The notes under the pieces are model-generated. The model did not search any database. It was given only the letters and a program-made list of their open reading frames with translations, and was not told the origin of the DNA. A stretch of DNA of 64,000 nucleotides. Source: an uncultured Chthonomonadaceae bacterium (GTDB lineage Bacteria; Armatimonadota; Chthonomonadetes; Chthonomonadales; Chthonomonadaceae). This document shows, in pieces, positions 1 to 9,537 of this stretch. Location of the stretch: the NCBI GenBank assembly GCA_963835065.1, contig CAWIEK010000022.1, positions 1 to 64,000 of the forward strand. The letters run 5' to 3'. The position numbers were made by a program, and so were the translations under genes. How positions within the stretch are numbered: the first letter of the stretch is position 1; every line of letters starts with the position of its first letter.

Positions 1-1150
1 CGCGACATCGCCGTCCATCCATTTGCCTTCGTAGACTTGCGGCCAGGTGATATGGCTGGCGGCTATGTATTTGTCGAAGGTCATGCCCTTTGCGGCGGTC
101 AGGGTTTCGCCGGGGGGGTCTACGCTGACGCCCAGAATATCGAGTCCCTGATCGTGGAATTGCCTGTACGCGCTGCGAACATGGGTGAGTTCGGCCTGGC
201 AGTCGGGGCAGTACGACGCCCAGAAGTACAGCAGGACGAGTTTACCCTTGTAATCTTGGGGAAAGCGAACGGTTTTGCCGTCCAGCCGTTTTTGGGTAAA
301 GGCAGGTGCGGATTTACCCACGCGCAGGTCGGGCGGCGGCAGAATTTCCGGGACGCTTTGCTTGGATTTCACCACGCTGAATGTCGCGCCATCGGGCGGC
401 ATGTTGGCGAGTTCATAGGTGACTCCCTTAATGGTGAACGGGTGAGCGGAATCGTACATTTCGCCCCGCGCATCGAACTGCCCGTTGCCGTTGACATCTA
501 TGTACAAATGGACGCCGGAATTGGGCTGATTGCGCCTGCCGCGAAAATCGCCCTGTACCAATGTATCCACAAGCAGGGCATGATAGGTGTTCGCGCCGAG
601 CGTGAGATCGAATTCGCGGGCGTAATCGGGCAGGAACAGCAGGGTATTGCGCAGCAGGTCGCGGCTCGGGTCGTTGGGATCGTAGCGCAGCAGGTTCAGG
701 CGCACGGGCAGGGGCGCACCGCCGTAGCGCACCTGCACCACGACGCTACCCTGATATAAGGTAAGGGTCTGGCCGTTAAAGGTGAGTACGCGCTTTTCTT
801 CCACACAATGGGCGGGTCGTCGGTCAGGTCGCCGTTGCCGTTGCTGTCAATCCAGATGCGGGGTTCGCCGGCTGCCGCGCTGTCCATCACAGTTCCAAAC
901 CCCGTTGGCGCGTCCACGTTTCCCATCGTCAGGACGCCATATAGCGGTGTTTCGATACCGTCCGGCACTTTGGTAATGCTGGCCGGCTTTTGCGCCTCCA
1001 TATCCAACGGACGAGGCCGCGCGCCGTTTATCTTACTCCCTGCGCCCGCTTCCATCCATCTGGCGTGTACGGTCTGTGCCTGTATTGCTACCGGCAGCAG
1101 TAAACCGAGCAGTATTGCCAGTACATATAGACGTAAACTTGTCTGTACGA
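1..1150 (-). CDS. Exported TlpA/redoxin-family thiol-disulfide oxidoreductase; frameshift near 785, 3' end outside the window, start approximate
   Basis: The 696..1283 ORF gives a signal-peptide-like N-terminus (LYVLAILLGLLLPVAIQAQ). Manual translation of the second frame gives DYKGKLVLLYFWASYCPDCQAELTH...GLDILGVSVD, a CxxC thioredoxin fold. Confidence 0.8.
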
Positions 1151-1386
1151 ACCGGCATATACCCTTTAAATCTTTTTGCTGGTCAGCCAGGACTACGACC
1201 AATTGTCCTGTGGACAAGCGAACTCTCAGCGTGTTTACGCCATTGTATCCAGGAGACCAGAATTGAATGTTACACTTTCTCATGATAAGATTCTACCCTC
1301 AATAATGGCTTTAATGTCTGCATGAACGCCCTGCTGCTTGATAATTCGCGCCAGAAGCCGAAACAAATGATCTTTGACAAAGCCAA

Positions 1387-1436
1387 TTTGTACGACGCGC
1401 ATAGATACGATCAGGCCGCGCAGAAACTCGATGATT
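1387..1436. repeat. 50 bp exact direct repeat, copy 1 (copy 2 at 13239..13288)
   Basis: tttgtacgacgcgcatagatacgatcaggccgcgcagaaactcgatgatt occurs identically at both positions. Confidence 0.95.
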
Positions 1437-1811
1437 AGGCCCTGCTTGTTGAGCAGGGTCGAATAGCCGCGAAGGCGCAGACAGAAAAAGAAGGGCAGTA
1501 TGTAGAGATCGTCGAAATCTTGGCAATACAGCGCTTCCAGCCCGATGTCTCGTTGTGTCAAGTTGTAGGAGAGAGGCGTCATGGCCTCAAAAGCGTCAGG
1601 GCGAACGGGAGGGGTGGGACATGGGCCTGTACCTCCTTTCCTGAGTAGTGATAGTTGATAGTTGATAGGAACTACCAACGTTTAACCTTTGCGTCTGTAT
1701 AGTAGACGTGTGTATGTGTTAGACGTGGTGTGAGCTGCAAAAGGTTTCCTTTTTCTGCTGTTTGTTGGGTTTTTTTTCTGCTTTTTTGTGAGTTTGGTTC
1801 AATGCGGGGTG

Positions 1812-1861
1812 GCCGGGGGTTGAAAACTCCGGCTGGGGTTCCGGGTACTGAAAGTACCCGG
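1812..1861. repeat. Two adjacent GC-rich REP-like hairpins
   Basis: gccgggggttgaaaactccggc (1812-1833) and ccgggtactgaaagtacccgg (1841-1861). Confidence 0.6.
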
Positions 1862-2122
1862 CAGGAAAATACAAGCGTCTTTCAGACGCGGGAATCTTGA
1901 TGTAGAGAATCGCGTTTGTAGGACGCGGATATTACGTCTATTGGGGCAGTACATTGCGGCGTATCCAATATCTGTGCAGTAACCGGTGTATACCATCTAA
2001 ATTTCTTTGCCGGTTAGTTAGGCCTTCGGCCAATTGTCCTATGGACAAAAGAACTACTCGTATATCTGTGCCGCAGTGTACCAGGGGCTTATCTTTTTGC
2101 GGAACCTTGTCTGCTGTTGCGG

Positions 2123-3428
2123 TTAGTCTATCGGCGTATCCGGCGCACCGAAGGGGATACGTTGCGGCACATTGGCAAGCCCTTGTAAGCCCGCAACCTG
2201 TACACTGTTGGGCCTGCGCTTGTTCAAGGCATCTATAATCTGCGTCAGGCGTTTCTCCTGCTCGTCATCGGTGAACAGCGAGAGGTTCCTATCCTCACAC
2301 TTGATGAGGCCGCTGAACACGATGCCCACTTGCGCGGGTTCTGCCGCAGGGGAAAGGTCAGGAATCGCCTCCAGTAAGGGCCTGACGACACGCAGCCACG
2401 TTGGTTCATCGTTGGCATGAAGATGCTTGCGGCTACCCCGTGTCCAGACGCCTTGCTGTGACCAGCCGAAGCGCTCTCCCCCGCCTTCCTGAGTGCGATG
2501 GTACTTGACCGTGATCTGTACGGCGCTGGCGACCTGATTGTACGCGCGGAGCCGTTTCAATGCCTTGTCACAGAGTTCCAGCAGGATACGCTCTGCTCCT
2601 TCCCGGCTCCGATATTCGGGCGCAAGAACGTTGGAGTGCCCGACGCTCTTGCGCGTGTCACTGCTCAACATCGGGCGATAGTCGGCTTCCTGACTGCCGC
2701 GCAGCATGAAGTACCAGCGTTCGCCTAACACGCTGCGCCATACCCGGCGCAAGTCGGCAGGTTCGGCTTCCCACAAGCTGCTCCACACTCACAATGCCGT
2801 ACTCGTGCAGACGCCGCTTCATAGCGGAGCCGATGCCCGGCAGGTCGGTGAGTTTCAAGGCAAAGAGGGCGTCGGGGAGATGCTCTCGTGTCCAGATGGT
2901 CAGGCCGTCGGGCTTCTGGCAGTCCGAGGCGACTTTCGCCAGAAACACATTGGGCGCAATGCCGACCGAGCAGCTGACATACGGCCCCAACTCACACGCG
3001 ATCTGCTCCTTGATGCGTTCGGCAAGGCGTTGTTCTTGCAGGAGCGTTTTGTAGAGCAGGGCCGGAACGCGGCAGGCCATTTCGTCAACACAGAGAACAC
3101 GGATAGTGGCGAAGTGTGCGTTGAGAATGTCCACAAGGCGCTGATGATAGGCAAGGTAGAGTTCAGGCCGCGCTTCCACAATTTGCAGGTTCGGGGCGGG
3201 GCGCGGGCAAGGGCTATGCTTGTTCCCGTCTTGATACCCAACCGCTTCGCTTCATAACTGGCGGCAATGGCGCAGGTATGTTCCGTCACAGATGGGAACA
3301 ACGATAACAGGCTTGTCGCGGTACTTTGCGCACTCCTGCTGTTCCACAGAAGCATAGAAGGCGTTCATATCCACAAAGAACCAGCGTGGCGTTCCGGCAG
3401 GCGCAACAAACGGAAATAGGCTTTCCAT
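2123..3428 (-). CDS. Y-family DNA polymerase (DinB/Pol IV-like); about 3 frameshifts, probably assembly indels
   Basis: Manual translation from the ATG at 3428 gives RWFFVDMNAFYASVEQ. Other frames give AIAASYEAKRLGIKTG, VLCVDE, SVGIAPNVFLAKVASDCQKPDGL, LTDLPGIG and RKSVGHS. Confidence 0.88.
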
Positions 3429-3439
3429 TGCAGCCTCTC

Positions 3440-3459
3440 CTGTACATAATAGTGTACAG
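3440..3459. promoter_or_regulatory. Palindromic operator candidate at the RBS of the Y-family polymerase gene
   Basis: CTGTACA-taatag-TGTACAG, adjoining the AGGAGAGG RBS on the minus strand. Confidence 0.4.
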
Positions 3460-3749
3460 AAGTATGTAGAATAATGAACACTTTAGCAAGGATACGTATG
3501 GAGAAGCCAACAGTTTCTTCAAAATTCTTTCATTTGCCTGTTCGCAATGGCATCGTGCTGGATGTCGGAGTGGTCTTCCCGGCTTTTGGTTCTCAAACTC
3601 GCAACAACAGCCTTCTACCGCTCTGCGGGAAGGCCGTTGTGCGTTGCTTGCACTTTGCCAGGGATTGAAAATCCCTTTCTGGACAAAACAAGCGTCTTCC
3701 AGCGCGCCTTGCCCCAAGATGTACGCTTCGTAGCAGGCAACAGCCGTGT

Positions 3750-4085
3750 CTACAAGGGCTGTGCGTCTACAATTCCCATACGTCTTTGGAGGACACCTCT
3801 GAAAAGCACTTCTGTAATTTCAATAGTTGCTCTGAAACGATCTCCATGCCGGATACCCTGACTCTCAATAAGATCAAGCCGCCCTCCTTCAACAGGAGTG
3901 ATAGCAGGTTGCCGCAAACCTGTGTTGGGGTCGGCTCGACGTTCCCATCTTGTTGTACAGCCAAGGCGAGTCTTTTCCGTATCAAACGTGGCGAAGGCGT
4001 CTGGTGGGACGATTGCTGAAGCAGTTGCGTTACCTGCGGGACGCTTGTATACAAGTTCAGTCTGAATCATTGCTATGTAAGTCAT
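3750..4085 (-). CDS. Hypothetical protein
   Basis: Clean ORF (MTYIAMIQTELVYK...) with a GGAGG RBS; no recognisable motif. Confidence 0.55.
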   Translation of the reverse strand: MTYIAMIQTELVYKRPAGNATASAIVPPDAFATFDTEKTRLGCTTRWERRADPNTGLRQPAITPVEGGRLDLIESQGIRHGDRFRATIEITEVLFRGVLQRRMGIVDAQPL

Positions 4086-4219
4086 AACAGCCTCCGTTTG
4101 TATTTCTCTCGTAATAGGAGTGTTTGCTAACTTCTGGTTCCTTCTTACTCGCTTCCTACCGTCTCTCACCCGCCTGACGGAATCAACCCCTATTCTGGCA
4201 AGGGCATTGGAGTGAGTTA

Positions 4220-4771
4220 TTACAAGGGAAAGGCTTCTTTATAGTCTCCAATGTATTGCTGAAGAAGGGCATTTACGTAGTTGAACAAGTCTGTCTCATC
4301 AACTAATTTGGGCAGTTCCTTGTTCCCATGAAACAGATTGTTTCGAATCCTATGAGCGATCAACAATAGTGCATAAACTGCTGCTTCATCGGAAAGTGGG
4401 GTACTTGTATTGTTAGGGAGCAGCATTTTTAAGAACGTCTGGTTTGTCACTGTTGGATAATTCTAATCTGTCGAATTTGTTGTTGGTATTACCGGTGAGA
4501 ACATCAACATAGCGATCTCGAAAGAAGTTTATAAATGGCTCTAATTTGCTTGGGAAATTTTGCCAGCGCTAACTAGATCGATTACACTTGTTTTCATGCG
4601 AGGTTGTAGTGGGTTCGATTTCATAGGAGATAGCCAGGGACAAGCCTTAGATTCAAACAAGTTAAGCAACGTGAAGCTAAGAATCGGATTAAGATTGTCA
4701 TTGTTGAACCGAGTCGGCTCGCCGAAATAACGGTTCATCCACTTAATTAGTTCATCAATATCTTTGTTCAT
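4220..4771 (-). CDS. HEPN-domain protein (Apea-like/MauJ-type), frameshifted
   Basis: Two consecutive ORFs (4541..4771 and 4220..4450). The C-terminal part has the Rx4H motif in AHRIRNNLFHGNK. Confidence 0.65.
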
Positions 4772-4862
4772 GTTCCTCTACTTCCTTCTTCCGGTTCGTA
4801 CACTCCCTTTTCGGCCTGCCCTTCGGCTTCTCGCCACTGACGCGGGTACGTCACTTCTACGC
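4769..4862 (-). repeat. Conserved ~90 nt leader, copy A (copy B at 6603..6692)
   Basis: 25 nt identical core cggcttctcgccactgacgcgggta (4824-4848 and 6654-6678). Both copies end in AGAGGAAC-ATG on the minus strand. Confidence 0.85.
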
Positions 4863-4918
4863 TTCTCTCCTGCACCTGTTGGCGTGACCGAAATCCTAGC
4901 CCTTCTTGAGGAGACGCT

Positions 4919-6605
4919 TCACTCTCCTGTATGCTTCGGCAAGGCGCAGTTCAATGCCTCCTTTTGCTGGGTATAGTTCGTGATCGCTGCTAGACCTCCG
5001 AGAATTTCCTCTTTATCTTCCGATGTTTTCGGCTTTTCTTCATGTGAAACGGCGGAGGCTGCGTTACTCAACAGAAATTTTAAGTTCTCTATGCTTGTCT
5101 GCTGCATGAAGATTGTCGCGTCTTTAGCCTGCAATGTTGCCTGAAACAACATCAGTTGACTTTGTAGGTGAGATATGTTTGCTTTCAGAAGCATCAAACC
5201 TGCATCTGATTCCGTTGTGATCAAACTGGTTTCGGAAGACGCCGACATGTGCAAATAGATGTTCAGAGCCTCTGCAATGGCTTCGAGGGCTTGCCATTCA
5301 TCGGTCGGCGTCACAATGTAAACAGTACTTCCCCGGCAGAATGTTTCAGGTCTGCTTCGACTTCAACGCCGAAGTTGTGCAAGAACTGAACAAAGTACAT
5401 GAGGTACTGTTCACAGGGAACACGGAACGCCTCGGGAACATCCAGATTGAAGGTGACTGATCTATGTTCCTCCTGTACAATCTGAGGAAAACGTTCTGCG
5501 TACATGGAACGCAGACTCTCGATTTCTTGGCGACCATAACCCACTCCCATTAAAAATATCTCTGGAAGATGATTTACACAGGCGCGTATGGTGCGGGTGT
5601 CCAAATTAGAAGTGCCCTGATGGTCAATCGCATCCAACCCCTTCGCCTGATGTAGGGTGGGACAATCAGTAAAATTTGTCTCATATAGAAGCGCATTGGT
5701 AAGGTCTGCGTTGCTCAAATCGGTAGGATTGAAGTTTGTGTAACTCAGATTGGTTCCGTGTAGAATTGCATCTCTCAAAAGTGCCTCGCTTAAATTTGCA
5801 TGAGATATCTGCACCGGTCAAGTTTACTTCGTTCAGGGTTGCTTCGCCCAAATTTGTTGACAGTAGTTTTGCATTGGTTAAGTCTGCGCCGCTCAAATCG
5901 GCAGTTACCAAGTTCGCCAGAGTTAAGTCTGTGCTGGATAAATTTGCGCCTTTCAGAGATGCACTAATCAGCGTCGCTTCACGGAGAATTGCACCAGTCA
6001 AGTCAGCATTGCTTAAATCTGAACCAAACAGATTGCGCCAGTCAAATCTAAATTCTTCAGATCGGCATTTCTTAAGTCCAATGGTTGAGGGTTGATCTTA
6101 CAAGCGTACCTGTCTCTATGGTATGTATTATCTTTCCCGTTTCTTTATGCTTAATCTCGCTTATATCAGCCTGCTCAACAATTCCTGCAATGGGGTTAAA
6201 GGTACTTATTTTATCTTGGAATCTTTTATAAGCATCTTGAAGCAGAGCAATGAATTCAATACTTCTAATAGGTTTTAAAAGATACCCTAATGCCCCAGCA
6301 TTTATTGCGCGGTCTACATACGTATCATCCGAATATGCTGTCAACATTATTACGCACACAGGGTACTCGTTCGTGATACGCCGGGTAAGTTCAATACCGT
6401 CAATGCCGCCCGGCAAATTAATGTCCATTGTAACTATCTCTGGACGGAAGCGCATTATGTATTCAAGACCTAACTCGCCAGTTCCCGCTTCGGCAGCAAC
6501 AAGCATGTTTTGCTCTAATAAGACTTTACGAATTTGAAGTGCCGTTATACCTTCATCTTCAACGATAACAACCGTCTTACCAGCCAATATATTAAGTTCG
6601 TCCAT
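4919..6605 (-). CDS. Receiver (REC) domain + pentapeptide repeats + unknown C-terminal domain; four ORF pieces joined by frameshifts
   Basis: REC motifs VVIVEDE, VTMDINLPG, MLTAYS, YLLKP; pentapeptide runs such as LKGANLSSTDLTLANL and ADLSGADLTNA; overlapping ORFs 6072..6620, 5681..6001, 5311..5814 and 4919..5314. Confidence 0.7.
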
Positions 6606-6692
6606 GTTCCTCTTGACCATTTTCTATTTTGCACTCCTCTTCGGCCTGCCATGCGGCTTCTCGCCACTGACGCGGGTATGTGGTTTGTACGC
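6603..6692 (-). repeat. Conserved ~90 nt leader, copy B
   Basis: Aligns with 4769..4862. Confidence 0.85.
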
Positions 6693-6740
6693 CTCTGCAT
6701 CCGCATGGCTAATGGCCTGACATGTGATTACCTCTTTGTC

Positions 6741-7092
6741 TCAAAGGGCTGGGATTTCGCGCAGCAGATTGATTGATAAATCCTCTGCTGAAACCCAATT
6801 TTTCTTCCAATCCAGTTTGGTAATGTCCGTTGGCGGGAACTGATAATCCGCAATTTCACGAAGAAATTTCAAGTTGGCGTACTCTAAACCTAATAGCGGG
6901 TCTTTGCTGTGTATACGGTCTTCAACGATTTTGTGAACACCACTGGTCGCCGTGATGCCAAATTTATCTCGACCTGTGAGGAAGGCAGCATAGTACGCGC
7001 GACCAACCGCCGCCCTGAACATAATCTCTGTTTGACCCGGAGATTTAGGAGGCACCGCTTGCGCTGATATTTCTTGCGCGAACTCTAATAAA
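6741..7092 (-). pseudogene. HEPN toxin (UPF0332-like), 3' part, interrupted by the IS1595 element; 5' part at 10644..10677
   Basis: Motifs FRAAVGRAYYAAF and LREIADY. Removing the element and one TSD copy restores the in-frame MPLSPSPKRLLEFAQEISAQAVPPKSPGQTEIMFRAAVGRAYYAAF. Confidence 0.85.
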
Positions 7093-7140
7093 GGTACTTA
7101 TAACCCTGACACACAGGGATTTTTGAAAGAGAGGAACAAC

Positions 7141-7380
7141 ATGGAAGAAGAAAAAAGAGGGCTGACAGAGGCAGATTTATTGCTGCACTTTGTACATTAC
7201 AACAACCTAATAGATTTGCAAAACTCCCTGAATCGGATTTGTCAAAGTGGTAGCACTTTTGATTTACTAGATAACGAAACATCTTCCTTTTACAAATTAC
7301 ATGATAAAGTACGTAATTTAGTATGCGAACATGCAAGTGCTATTCACGGAGCCGCTATGCGAACTTCAAACGAGCCTTAA
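7141..7380 (+). CDS. Hypothetical passenger protein
   Basis: GAGG RBS and ATG at 7141 (MEEEKRGLTEADLLLHF...). Confidence 0.5.
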   Translation: MEEEKRGLTEADLLLHFVHYNNLIDLQNSLNRICQSGSTFDLLDNETSSFYKLHDKVRNLVCEHASAIHGAAMRTSNEP

Positions 7381-7741
7381 TTTCACGGATAATTTTCCTG
7401 CCAGCGTCTTCCAGTTCATCGTTGCGCTTTTTATCATCCTTAGCCTTGTCTATGTTTGCTTGGTATGCAGCATTAGTAGCAACTACATCTTCGTAAAGAT
7501 AGATAGATTCAACTTCAAGTTCGTTGATTTTACAGCGCAGCATGATTGCGTTATCTTGAAATTCAAAATGCTTTCTGTCTTCTGTCTTTGTCATATTACG
7601 TTTGGCTTGAAAAGTAGCCTGCCATACTCTATCGGGAGTATTATTTAGAGGAAATATAACATCCCAATACTCCGACATATCTTTGGTAGGATGTGATTTG
7701 TTTTCGTCTGGTATTGAAATTTCAATGGTAGGCATGTGCAA
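7355..7741 (-). CDS. Hypothetical passenger protein with a C-terminal coiled coil
   Basis: 128 aa ORF directly downstream of the XRE gene. Confidence 0.6.
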   Translation of the reverse strand: MHMPTIEISIPDENKSHPTKDMSEYWDVIFPLNNTPDRVWQATFQAKRNMTKTEDRKHFEFQDNAIMLRCKINELEVESIYLYEDVVATNAAYQANIDKAKDDKKRNDELEDAGRKIIREIKARLKFA

Positions 7742-7769
7742 TTCTTCTTTCTAAACTAGATATTGGAGT

Positions 7770-8006
7770 TTACCCTATTTTCACGGATTCTGTGTCTACA
7801 TCCTGCAAGAGTTCGGACAGAGTAATTCCGAGTGTACTAGAGATTTTATGCAGGTTCTTGACGCTGATGTTCCTTGCTCCGCGCTCTACATCGCTAATAT
7901 AAGTACGGTCAAGGTTTGCCTCTAGTGCAAATTCCTCCTGCGACATTCCTTTTGACTTGCGTAATTTCCTGACTCGTAATCCAATTGCAATGAGTAGCGC
8001 GTCCAT
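7770..8006 (-). CDS. XRE-family HTH regulator resembling restriction-modification controller (C) proteins
   Basis: RVRKLRKSKGMSQEEFALEANLDRTYISDVERGARNISVKNLHKIS. Confidence 0.88.
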   Translation of the reverse strand: MDALLIAIGLRVRKLRKSKGMSQEEFALEANLDRTYISDVERGARNISVKNLHKISSTLGITLSELLQDVDTESVKIG

Positions 8007-8021
8007 GCCCTAATCATAGAA

Positions 8022-8080
8022 TTTTGTCGGAAATAGGTCTACGGATTCCGCGTGACATTTTTGTTGGAAATAAGTCACAT
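8022..8080. promoter_or_regulatory. Tandem 18 bp operator-like repeats upstream of the XRE gene
   Basis: ttttgtcggaaataggtc (8022-8039) and ttttgttggaaataagtc (8059-8076), 16/18 identical. Confidence 0.5.
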
Positions 8081-8145
8081 TTTTCTCAAAACCTATTGAC
8101 TTAGAATTCAGGGTATGTTAATATGACGTTGGAAGTTACCAACAG

Positions 8146-8609
8146 GTGATTTTACTCTGTGTAGGAGGTCGAGTTCGTGGAAGACATAACCACTTTAGAG
8201 TTATGGAAGGAACTGGACACCGATTAGTCAAACCACTAAAGCAATTCCGTATACCGCTTGTGGTAGTGGCTATTTGCTTTTGGGGATTTCGCCATTTTAG
8301 TACAGACCCGATTGTGGGTCAATATGCTTATGGTGATGGAACGCTACTTATAAGTACATTTCTCTCAAAGCCGATGGAACAGGCGAAGTTCGTTCAACCC
8401 GTGCAGACAACTTTGACGCGCTATTGACATATCTGTACTGGAAACGCAAAAGTTCGGATGTTGTAGGGGTACAGACCTCTATGGACAAACTTACTAACGT
8501 GGAGGATCGGTACATAGATTGCAAATACTCGTATAGTCAGCCAGATATGGACTTAACGCCAGTCGGCAATCTAACTAATGTTCGGTACGTCCGTCTGAAA
8601 GACGAATAG
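8146..8609 (+). CDS. Hypothetical membrane-anchored passenger protein, probably frameshifted
   Basis: Two overlapping ORFs; hydrophobic segment IPLVVVAICFWGF; TTGACT promoter-like element at 8096. Confidence 0.4.
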
Positions 8610-8766
8610 ATTAGATAGGTGTATTCAAGCAGAAAATTTCTGCTAAATTCGTTGACAATTTCCTCCTTTTCTCTTATACTAGAAGTATAAGAAGGAAGGG
8701 AGGTTTTCATTATGGAGAACGATAAAATGAAAGTCAAACATAACCCCGACAAAATTCCCAGCAAAA

Positions 8767-9000
8767 ATGACTGATGCTTATGTAAATCGAATAGGCGGGA
8801 GAAAATACAAGCAGAAGTTTGCGTCAATTGTAAATACAAAGGAAAATCAAGACAAATTTTTTGTTCTTGATATAGAAACAGATGAATATGAAATTGGAGA
8901 GGATTTATCTGCTATGACTGAACATGCTGTAGCACGAAACCCTAACACAAAGTTCTACCTAAGACGCATCGGATACAATTCCATATTTTCTTTTATCTAA
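8767..9000 (+). CDS. Small DUF5678-like partner of the aspartic protease
   Basis: FFVLDIETDEYEIGED...ARNPN...LRRIG, homologous to 24976..25245. Confidence 0.7.
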   Translation: MTDAYVNRIGGRKYKQKFASIVNTKENQDKFFVLDIETDEYEIGEDLSAMTEHAVARNPNTKFYLRRIGYNSIFSFI

Positions 9001-9002
9001 TC

Positions 9003-9419
9003 ATGTCAAAAACTATATTAACAGGTGTTGTAAAGTCAAATAATGAGGTTATTGTAGAAGTAGAATTTTACAATAACAAGGATAAATATATTGTAGTTCC
9101 GTGTTTAATTGATACGGGTTATAATGGGTTTGTAACAATGTCTAAATCTCTTATTGCTGATTTAGGACTAGAACTCACACCATATCCACTAGCAGAATTG
9201 ACGCTCACAACTGGCAAAACTGTTAAGGCTAAATTGCACTCAGGTTACATAAAATGGCAAGGAGTGCGTGAACACATATTGGTTGCTGAAATAGGTGATA
9301 TAAGTATTATCGGTATGAGTCTGCTTATTAGATGTACAACGTTAGTTCATAGGGTGATAACCATTGAACAGAACAGAAAACGACAAAACAGAATCCGAGC
9401 AGGAAGAAGTAAAACCTGA
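9003..9419 (+). CDS. Clan AA (retropepsin-like) aspartic protease; 3' end probably frameshifted
   Basis: LIDTGYNG catalytic motif and IIGMSLL; homologous to 24602..24979. Confidence 0.8.
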   Translation: MSKTILTGVVKSNNEVIVEVEFYNNKDKYIVVPCLIDTGYNGFVTMSKSLIADLGLELTPYPLAELTLTTGKTVKAKLHSGYIKWQGVREHILVAEIGDISIIGMSLLIRCTTLVHRVITIEQNRKRQNRIRAGRSKT

Positions 9420-9537
9420 AAGTTGGCAGCAATTTGAACTTGCCGTCAAGCAGGTTCTTTCTGTGTCAAAACTGACTTGAAAAAGCATGAAGCAACCCGC
9501 TTACACCGTCCTAAACGGAAACGGATTACTCCTGCTA

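Noticed and set aside
4121..4220. TAAC...GTTAGC segment as an integron attC site
   Set aside because: The ends fit loosely, but there is no L-box complementarity or internal palindrome, and no integron integrase in the window.
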